Source: Actinomycetota bacterium (GTDB lineage Bacteria; Actinomycetota; Acidimicrobiia; Spongiisociales; ZC4RG35). Taken from it: DNA of 57,436 bases. The notes below the pieces were generated by a model. It was not told the origin of the DNA. It saw only the letters and a list, made by a program, of their open reading frames with translations, and ran no database searches. Below, piece after piece: positions 48,111 through 54,801 of this stretch. A program made the position numbers and the translations under genes. Location of the stretch: contig JAYEGJ010000126.1 of NCBI GenBank assembly GCA_034658975.1, positions 1-57,436 on the forward strand. Direction: 5' to 3'. Within the stretch, counting starts at the first letter, position 1, and each line of letters begins with the position of its first letter.

Positions 48111-48733
48111 AGGCCGTCTCGTATCTCGAGAAGAGCTTGCTTCACGTTGAGTAGTTCATCACCGTGCAGTGACAAGAATTCCACTTGGCGTTCGGAGAGG
48201 ACGACGATCATGAGCTTCGACGCAACCTTCTCAACGGATTCCTCGGAGAGGTTTGACGAACCCAATGCAATGCTCTGCGATTCATCGGATCCCTCTACTG
48301 CAGCGGCTACAAACTCAGGCGTAATCAGTTCTTTCCAGGACGAAACCAGGAACGGGGCCCACGTGAGCCACACGTAATGCTCGTACATGGCCGGCGAGTA
48401 CGTCTCAATCCGGTAGCACTTGGCGAGGAAGAGCCGGTACTCGGATCCCTGATCTCCCGCCGAGCTGTAGTTCTTGACCTCAGCAACGAACATATTCCCA
48501 TTGACGTCTCCGCCAAGAAGCGTCCCGGCCAAATCAAATGAGAAGTGATCACCTTGGCTCGTTGATCCGGCTGAAGCGCTTGCCTTTGGGAACTGAAGTT
48601 TCCCGATGTGTCCAGGATTGTTCCAATGAACCATGGCGCGACACGTCGACTCAAGCCAGCGTTTCGCTGTCTCCGACCCGCTCGTCCCCCGAGCCTGAAT
48701 CTCCTCCCCAGTCAAAGGGCATTGACATGACAT
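48107..48733 (-). CDS. Hypothetical protein with PD-(D/E)xK-like nuclease motif
   Basis: 208 aa. D68 (FSFDLAG) and E85-V-K87 (VAEVKNY) have nuclease-like spacing. A/T-ending codons are noticeably more frequent than in neighbours. The family assignment is pattern-based only. Confidence 0.65.
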   Translation of the reverse strand: MSCQCPLTGEEIQARGTSGSETAKRWLESTCRAMVHWNNPGHIGKLQFPKASASAGSTSQGDHFSFDLAGTLLGGDVNGNMFVAEVKNYSSAGDQGSEYRLFLAKCYRIETYSPAMYEHYVWLTWAPFLVSSWKELITPEFVAAAVEGSDESQSIALGSSNLSEESVEKVASKLMIVVLSERQVEFLSLHGDELLNVKQALLEIRDGL

Positions 48734-48830
48734 TACCTAGTGAGAACAGTGACGAACCGATAAGGGGACGCCGAGAATCCATCCGGGTTCGAGCGTCCCC
48801 CAATCCTTTCGCCCGAACAAGCAGGGATGG

Positions 48831-48879
48831 GGGGACGACCGGTTTCGGGCGTCCCCTATATCCCCACCTCAGGTTGAGG
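48831..48879. repeat. Right boundary repeat: 35-nt inverted-repeat module + 19-nt direct-repeat module
   Basis: 48831-48865 ggggacgaccggtttcgggcgtcccctatatcccc is the exact reverse complement of 45103-45137. 48861-48879 tccccacctcaggttgagg is identical to 45086-45104 in direct orientation. Confidence 0.85.
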
Positions 48880-48935
48880 AGGATCGGACGACCGATATAC
48901 TTCTCCGGTCTCGCCTGTTGTCGCAGGCAAGCCCC

Positions 48936-49013
48936 GGGCGCGTAGAACAGTCTGGAGTGTTCGCCGGCCTGTCAAGCCGGAGGTCGCGGGTTCAAATCCC
49001 GTCGTGCCCGCCA
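48936..49013 (+). tRNA. tRNA-Asp (GTC)
   Basis: Hand-folded cloverleaf: acceptor GGGCGCG/CGTGCCC, D stem GAAC/GTTC, anticodon arm CCGGC-CTGTCAA-GCCGG, T arm GCGGG-TTCAAAT-CCCGT, encoded CCA. Confidence 0.95.
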
Positions 49014-49041
49014 ACCGGAGCCCTAGAGGTTTCGGTCCTTT

Positions 49042-49117
49042 GGTCAGGTAGCTCAGTCGGTAGAGCGCCGGTCTGAAAAACCGGAGGTCGACGGATCGAC
49101 GCCGTCCCTGACCACCA
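49042..49117 (+). tRNA. tRNA-Phe (GAA)
   Basis: Acceptor GGTCAGG/CCTGACC, D arm GCTC-AGTCGGTA-GAGC, anticodon arm CCGGT-CTGAAAA-ACCGG, T arm GACGG-ATCGACG-CCGTC, encoded CCA. Confidence 0.95.
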
Positions 49118-49137
49118 GAAGTCAACCGCATGCCTTT

Positions 49138-49180
49138 CTGTGCGGGTTTACTACGCGTCACGCGTAACTAACCCGCACAG
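49138..49180. terminator. Long imperfect hairpin downstream of the tRNA pair
   Basis: Outer stem ctgtgcgggtt / aacccgcacag (11 bp) enclosing the palindrome tacgcgt c acgcgta. No U-tract. Confidence 0.4.
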
Positions 49181-49265
49181 AACGGTCGAATGGACTCGGC
49201 CCGGGAACCATCCACCCCCGGCTGACGTCTGAAGCCTGTCCCCGCAATCGAGGAGTTCCACGCGC

Positions 49266-49961
49266 ATGGAAACCATGACGAGACCACCAGAGACGGAAAG
49301 CACCCCACCCGCTCCCCGCCCACCACGTGTCACGTTCCCTGCCGTCGTCGCTATCGCCTTCCTCGCCATCGTGGCCCTGTTCGGGTTCCTCACCTGGCGT
49401 GCCGTGAGCAACGCCGTCGACGGTGTTCCCACCGTGGCCGACATCCAGGAGGCCTTCGCTCCCCAGCCTTATGAAGACATAGGACCGGTCGTGGTCACAG
49501 CCATCTGGGACCTCGGCGAGTTGACCACCGTCGAGATGGTGGAGCACACCTATATCGAGAAGGGCACTGACGGCGGATGGCTTGCATGGGCCCGGGGCGA
49601 CAGTCTCTCGATGTTGGTCGTTGCCGAGATCGGCGCCGGAGTCGACCTCACCACCCTCACTCCGGCCGACTTCGACGTGAGCGATGATGGTGTCGTATCG
49701 CTCCAACTCCCCCACGCCGAGATCCACTACACGGCGATGGACAACGAAGCGACCGTGGTCATCGACCGTGAGGTAGGCCTTTTCACCAAGGGTGACTCAC
49801 AGCTCGAGAGCGAGGCCCGTCAGTTGGCCGAGACCATTCTCCTCAACCAGGCCATAGAGACCGGGATCCTCGAGAGCGCAGAGACGAACACGACGAAGGT
49901 CCTCACCAACTTCCTCATCAGCCTCGGCTACAGCAACGTGGAGATTACCTTCTCGGGCTGA
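49266..49961 (+). CDS. DUF4230-type membrane-anchored protein
   Basis: 231 aa. N-terminal TM (FPAVVAIAFLAIVALFGFL) and a body resembling DUF4230 (GELTTVEM...AEIGAGVDL...). Confidence 0.6.
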   Translation: METMTRPPETESTPPAPRPPRVTFPAVVAIAFLAIVALFGFLTWRAVSNAVDGVPTVADIQEAFAPQPYEDIGPVVVTAIWDLGELTTVEMVEHTYIEKGTDGGWLAWARGDSLSMLVVAEIGAGVDLTTLTPADFDVSDDGVVSLQLPHAEIHYTAMDNEATVVIDREVGLFTKGDSQLESEARQLAETILLNQAIETGILESAETNTTKVLTNFLISLGYSNVEITFSG

Positions 49962-49969
49962 CCTGGTTC

Positions 49970-50362
49970 CTACAGGTAGAGACCCGGCATAGGGTCTTCG
50001 GCGAGCGTCTGGGTTGCATCCCCTGTGGTCTCTGCAGAAACGTCCATTGGGCTCACACCCGCAGATGCGAGAACTCCGGCCAGAAGGCCTTCCAGCCATC
50101 CGACGAGTTCAGCTTGTGCCACACGGACCTCCGAAGGCGTAGGTGACACCTCTTCGAACCGTACTGAGAGCGTTAGAAGCTCCTCGTATAGATCGGCCGA
50201 GACGACGTCTGACAATTCGGCAATCACCCGATCGTGGATTCGCCGGAGGCGCTCACACCCCGCCACGTCACAAGGTGCGGACCTGGCCTCCACGAGCATC
50301 GCTCGAGCCATCGTGGTGATTCGGACCAATTTCTCCGGTTCGGCGACATGGGTTTCCCGCAT
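49970..50362 (-). CDS. bpa: Bacterial proteasome activator (Bpa/PafE family)
   Basis: Trimmed to the ATG at 50362, preceded by GGAGAAGGAG. It resembles my recollection of the M. tuberculosis Bpa (Rv3780) sequence, with segments such as PEKLVRITTMARAMLVEARSAP and RVAQAELVGWLEGLLAGV. The C-terminus is ...PGLYL, an HbYX-type tail. Confidence 0.8.
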   Translation of the reverse strand: MRETHVAEPEKLVRITTMARAMLVEARSAPCDVAGCERLRRIHDRVIAELSDVVSADLYEELLTLSVRFEEVSPTPSEVRVAQAELVGWLEGLLAGVLASAGVSPMDVSAETTGDATQTLAEDPMPGLYL

Positions 50363-50647
50363 TCGTACTCCTTCTCCTGGGAAAGCACCGGAACAGACCC
50401 GTCGATGCCCGCTATGTCGACCGTCCGACACTCGCGATCTCGCTGGAGAGGGCCGTTGAGCGTGAGCCACAAAAGTCCACGACACACCACTAATTCCCCT
50501 ATCGGAGGGCCCTTTTTCTCTGATAACACCACTGCAAGTGCTGGAAGATGACCGAGTGAGGCGGAGATACACCAGACCGAAAGCCTCCTACTCTGCTGGC
50601 GTCATGCCGGTACTCACCATCACGACTACAACTCGAGTCAGGGAACG

Positions 50648-51991
50648 ATGAGCAGTCCGGCCGAAACGGCAGCGGAGCAGAAGACGCTTCGGACGGTGGT
50701 TCGAAGTGAGTGGAGCGAACTCGGCACCATGGGAAGAAGCGCCCTGGTCGCATTGGGCGTGTCAGCCATCGTCGCCGTGGTTCTTGCGGTCTCAATCCCC
50801 CGACAAGTGGAACGGCATCTGATCCAGGGGGAGATCGAAACGTTCACCAGGATCGCCCAGGGGATGGCGGACGAAGGGATGATTCCTGTCGCATCGAACG
50901 ATACACAGGCCCTCGCCGAACTCGACGAAATGGTGAGGACGCGGCTGCTCGGCTCCAACACCGTGAGGGTCAAGGTCTGGGCACCGGACGGCACCATCAC
51001 CTACTCAGATGCCTCCGACGTCATCGGTCAGACCTTTCCCCTCTCGGAAGACCGCATCGAAGCCTTCCAAGGCGAAACAGTCTCGGAAACACCCGATCTC
51101 TCACTACCCGAGAATGCCTACGAGCGGACACTTCCTCCGGTCCACGAGTTCTACATCCCGGTATATGGAGAATCGGATACGGTCGAGGCGGTCTTCGAGG
51201 TCTATCACCTGGTGGAGCCGATCGAGACGACCGTCGGCAACGTTCGTCGATACACATGGACCAGCATCGCCGTCAGCTTCGTGCTGCTCGCGGTATTCCT
51301 CTCCGTTCTCATCATCGCCAACGGCCGAGCACTGACAAGAAGGCAGCGCATGACGGACGAGCTGTTTGGTGACCTCGTTCGATCCCAAGCCGACGAGCGC
51401 AGCAGAATCATTGGTTCCCTGCACGACGACATCGGTCAGTCGCTGTATCGCATCCATTACGGGCTCGAGGACATGAAGTCACGCGTCGACGCCGACGAGG
51501 CACTTGCCGAAGACCTGGACCGTCTCGGGGCCCTGACCAGCCAGGTGGACAGGGCGCTGAGGACCGAACTGCGGTTGCTTCAGTACGGAACGGGAGAAGA
51601 ACTCGCCCTCGGGCCGGCATTAGACGAACTCGCCGAGGTGACCGAGATGGAGTCGGATCTCGACGTCACAGTCGAGACCAGCACGGATCGTGCGCTTTCC
51701 CCTGCCGGGAGAGTCACTCTATTTCGAGCGGCGCGCGAGGCCGTCACCAATGTGCGCAAGCATGCCCAGGCGACCTCGGTGACGATTCGAGTCGATAGCA
51801 AAGGCAGCAACGTGAGGCTCGAAGTGGTCGACGATGGAATCGGAATCACCAATGAAGAGGCCCTCGGGATATTGATCACAAGAGAGCGCCTGGAAGCACT
51901 CGGTGGAGGCCTCAGGGTGACGGCTGATCGGGAGGGCGGAACGAGATTCATGGCCTGGCTCCCTGCCGAAGTCGTAGAGGTGACAACTTGA
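50648..51991 (+). CDS. Sensor histidine kinase, HisKA_3/NarL-partner type, with about 170-aa extracytoplasmic loop
   Basis: Two TM helices flank a sensor loop. H-box SLHDDIGQSL, then HATPase_c (REAVTNVRKHA, DDGIGI, GGLRV). Confidence 0.85.
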   Translation: MSSPAETAAEQKTLRTVVRSEWSELGTMGRSALVALGVSAIVAVVLAVSIPRQVERHLIQGEIETFTRIAQGMADEGMIPVASNDTQALAELDEMVRTRLLGSNTVRVKVWAPDGTITYSDASDVIGQTFPLSEDRIEAFQGETVSETPDLSLPENAYERTLPPVHEFYIPVYGESDTVEAVFEVYHLVEPIETTVGNVRRYTWTSIAVSFVLLAVFLSVLIIANGRALTRRQRMTDELFGDLVRSQADERSRIIGSLHDDIGQSLYRIHYGLEDMKSRVDADEALAEDLDRLGALTSQVDRALRTELRLLQYGTGEELALGPALDELAEVTEMESDLDVTVETSTDRALSPAGRVTLFRAAREAVTNVRKHAQATSVTIRVDSKGSNVRLEVVDDGIGITNEEALGILITRERLEALGGGLRVTADREGGTRFMAWLPAEVVEVTT

Positions 51992-52617
51992 GAGTCTTCC
52001 TCGCCGACGACCACCGCATCGTTCGTGAGGGGATCAGGACACTCCTGGCCTCCGAAGCCAACGTGGAGATCGTGGGCGAGGCATCGAGCGGAGACCAGCT
52101 TCTGGAATCGCTCGCCACCACTGATGTCGACGTGATCCTCCTCGACTTGAGAATGCCGGGTCTGAGTGGCCTCGACGTGCTCCAAGAAATGCAGCAAGGA
52201 GAAACGGACACGCGTGTCATCGTCCTTTCCATGCACGACGATCCCTCTTTCGTGAAGAGAGCAATCGAGCTGGGGGCGTCGGGGTATCTCCTCAAGTCGG
52301 TTGGCAAGGAAGAACTGCTCCGGGCTCTCGACATCGTCGCCGGAGGGGGCTCCTACGTTCAGGGCGAGATCACCGCGCCGCTCATCGCTCACATCGTCGA
52401 GCCATCGAAGGCGGTATCCGTCAGCAACCTGAGCAGTCGAGATATCAAGATGCTCGAGATGTTGGCTCAAGGGCTGGACAATCGGGCCATGGCCAAGCTG
52501 CTCGAGATGTCGGAGGCCTCAGTCAAGGCTCAGCTGCGCACGGTGTATTCGCGCCTCGAGGTCACCCGCCGATCCGAGGCCGTAGCCGTGGCCTTGCGCC
52601 TCGGCATCATCACCTAA
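51988..52617 (+). CDS. NarL/LuxR-family response regulator
   Basis: Receiver domain (FLADDH ... VILLDLRMPG ... K) plus a LuxR HTH (LSSRDIKMLEMLAQGLDNRAMAKLLEMSEASVKAQL). It has a 4-nt overlap with the kinase gene. Confidence 0.9.
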   Translation: MRVFLADDHRIVREGIRTLLASEANVEIVGEASSGDQLLESLATTDVDVILLDLRMPGLSGLDVLQEMQQGETDTRVIVLSMHDDPSFVKRAIELGASGYLLKSVGKEELLRALDIVAGGGSYVQGEITAPLIAHIVEPSKAVSVSNLSSRDIKMLEMLAQGLDNRAMAKLLEMSEASVKAQLRTVYSRLEVTRRSEAVAVALRLGIIT

Positions 52618-52805
52618 ACCCTTTGTGACCGTCTCTAGGGCCAAAGGTCCCATCGCAGGTATCTAACGGGTATCCAGCGACCCTCCCAACGATCTTCGAC
52701 AACGCCGATTTGACCCAAGACGGACGCATCGTCACCCCGTAATCAATGAAGTGACGGCACCTGTCTCGCCGCGCGTGGCAGGACACACATACCGACGGAG
52801 GTTCG

Positions 52806-54494
52806 ATGATGAGGCACAAACGACTTGCGATCATTGGCGTACTCGCCTTGATCGCTGCGTCGTGCACGGGTGGCGAAGCCGATGACACGACAACAACCCC
52901 CGAGGCGCCAGCGACCACCGTCGCCCCCGCCACTACGGCCGCTCCGACAACGACAGAGGCCACGGTGACGACGACGACGGAGGAACCCGCTCACCCGGAG
53001 ACCGACATGCGGTCGCTGGATGCTGGTGAGGCTGCGATCACGGTTGATGGTGATGCTGCTGATTGGGGTGATGTGGCCGGCCTGTCGATGACGTTGGAGC
53101 CGATCGTGGATCGTGCTGATGATCCGCTCGAAGACAAGGACGTCACCATCCGGATGGCTCATGACAGCGACCTGCTGTATGCGCTGTTCACCGTCGAGGA
53201 CGACTACGACTGGGTCGCTGACGACCACAACCTGTCGGCTGCACTTGCGGTCATGTTCCCGGTTGACACCGGTGGTCCGCATATGGGCGCCGACGATGAA
53301 GCAGGCGAAACATCCACCGGGATGGTGGACATCTGGCACTGGGAGCTGGATTGTGCTGCCGGCGAGTTGAACGGCGGAGGAGCCGGACATCCTGCCGGTG
53401 AAGGCAAGGATCCGGGCAACGACGACGTCTGCAACATGGACGACGAATGGGCCACCGACGCAGAAACCCGCGAGGACGACAACACCGCAACCGGTGAGAA
53501 CTCGTTGACGGGTGTGTGGTGGCACTCCAACCCCGTCGAGAATGGTGCTCCTGGCACCTGGTACTTCGAAATGTCCCGACCCCTCGACACCGGAGACGAG
53601 CAGGACGGACTGTTCACAGTTGGTGAGTCCACACTGCTGGCACTCGCCTACTGGGACGCCGACTTCGGACCCGACGGATGGGACGACTCCACCCACGTCC
53701 AATCCTCCAACCAAGGCTGGATCAACGTCAATCTGATAGCGGGATCGGCCGCCGAGGCAACACGGTCGTTGGATGCTGGTGAGGCTGCGATCACGGTTGA
53801 TGGTGATGCTGCTGATTGGGGTGATGTGGCCGGCCTGTCGATGACGTTGGAGCCGATCGTGGATCGTGCTGATGATCCGCTCGAAGACAAGGACGTCACC
53901 ATCCGGATGGCTCATGACAGCGACCTGCTGTATGCGCTGTTCACCGTCGAGGACGACTACGACTGGGTCGCTGACGACCACAACCTGTCGGCTGCACTTG
54001 CGGTCATGTTCCCGGTTGACACCGGTGGTCCGCATATGGGCGCCGACGATGAAGCAGGCGAAACATCCACCGGGATGGTGGACATCTGGCACTGGGAGCT
54101 GGATTGTGCTGCCGGCGAGTTGAACGGCGGAGGAGCCGGACATCCTGCCGGTGAAGGCAAGGATCCGGGCAACGACGACGTCTGCAACATGGACGACGAA
54201 TGGGCCACCGACGCAGAAACCCGCGAGGACGACAACACCGCAACCGGTGAGAACTCGTTGACGGGTGTGTGGTGGCACTCCAACCCCGTCGAGAATGGTG
54301 CTCCTGGCACCTGGTACTTCGAAATGTCCCGACCCCTCGACACCGGAGACGAGCAGGACGGACTGTTCACAGTTGGTGAGTCCACACTGCTGGCACTCGC
54401 CTACTGGGACGCCGACTTCGGACCCGACGGATGGGACGACTCCACCCACGTCCAATCCTCCAACCAAGGCTGGATCGAAGTAACGATCAACTGA
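52806..54494 (+). CDS. Lipoprotein with two tandem EB_dh/DOMON-like (putative heme-b or CBM9-like) domains
   Basis: 562 aa. Lipobox LIAASC, a T/P/A-rich linker, then two identical 238-aa modules (ITVDGDAADWGDV...IRMAHDSDLLYALFTVEDDYDW...DIWHWELD...WYFEMSRPL...AYWDADFG) reminiscent of the ethylbenzene-dehydrogenase gamma/DOMON-like fold. Confidence 0.75.
   Translation: MMRHKRLAIIGVLALIAASCTGGEADDTTTTPEAPATTVAPATTAAPTTTEATVTTTTEEPAHPETDMRSLDAGEAAITVDGDAADWGDVAGLSMTLEPIVDRADDPLEDKDVTIRMAHDSDLLYALFTVEDDYDWVADDHNLSAALAVMFPVDTGGPHMGADDEAGETSTGMVDIWHWELDCAAGELNGGGAGHPAGEGKDPGNDDVCNMDDEWATDAETREDDNTATGENSLTGVWWHSNPVENGAPGTWYFEMSRPLDTGDEQDGLFTVGESTLLALAYWDADFGPDGWDDSTHVQSSNQGWINVNLIAGSAAEATRSLDAGEAAITVDGDAADWGDVAGLSMTLEPIVDRADDPLEDKDVTIRMAHDSDLLYALFTVEDDYDWVADDHNLSAALAVMFPVDTGGPHMGADDEAGETSTGMVDIWHWELDCAAGELNGGGAGHPAGEGKDPGNDDVCNMDDEWATDAETREDDNTATGENSLTGVWWHSNPVENGAPGTWYFEMSRPLDTGDEQDGLFTVGESTLLALAYWDADFGPDGWDDSTHVQSSNQGWIEVTIN
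53010..53723 (+). repeat. Tandem duplication copy 1 (period 753 bp)
   Basis: By direct comparison, 53018-53723 is identical to 53771-54476. There is one synonymous C/T difference at 53016 vs 53769. Confidence 0.95.
53763..54476 (+). repeat. Tandem duplication copy 2
   Basis: See copy 1. The copies are separated by a 39-nt in-frame linker (53724-53762, NVNLIAGSAAEAT). Confidence 0.95.
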
Positions 54495-54567
54495 TCCGAT
54501 GGTGACGAGTCCTTGGGTCTCTCGACGAGACCCGAGGGCTCTCACTTATTCAGGCGGGAGGAGGTCT

Positions 54568-54801
54568 GTGAGCGGTAGAAAGAAATCGATAGGCCAACTT
54601 AGGGCGCTGCTCTCGGCCGTCGTGATAGTCCTCTACTTCGCATTGACCACGGTGTGGATCCCCTCGGCCCTGCTCAAATCGTCACTACTCACGGGGACCG
54701 GCCGCAACACCGCCGACCTCGTTGCGCTCGCAGTGTGGGGGGCGGGCCTGGGATTTGGGATCTGGGGGCTGCGCAAGGCTCAGGATCGAGACCTGATATG
54801 A
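54568..54801 (+). CDS. Small 2-TM membrane protein (77 aa)
   Basis: GTG at 54568 preceded by GGAGGAGG. Two hydrophobic helices. Its stop overlaps the next ATG (ATGA). Confidence 0.5.
   Translation: MSGRKKSIGQLRALLSAVVIVLYFALTTVWIPSALLKSSLLTGTGRNTADLVALAVWGAGLGFGIWGLRKAQDRDLI

Noticed and set aside
47397-48377. 326-aa plus-strand ORF
   Set aside because: It is antisense to the ECF sigma and PD-(D/E)xK-like genes and has no motifs. It is a typical high-GC shadow ORF.
48856-49161. 101-aa minus-strand ORF
   Set aside because: It lies entirely over two well-folding tRNA genes (Asp, Phe) on the opposite strand.
53010-54476. Possible CRISPR-like or satellite repeat
   Set aside because: There are only two units of 753 bp. 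Both are coding and in frame within one gene, and there is no short repeat/spacer organisation.
52743-54545. 600-aa minus-strand ORF covering the EB_dh-like gene
   Set aside because: It is a shadow ORF antisense to a convincing plus-strand gene. The sequence is low-complexity and R/G/V-rich, and it is internally duplicated only because it spans the tandem repeat.
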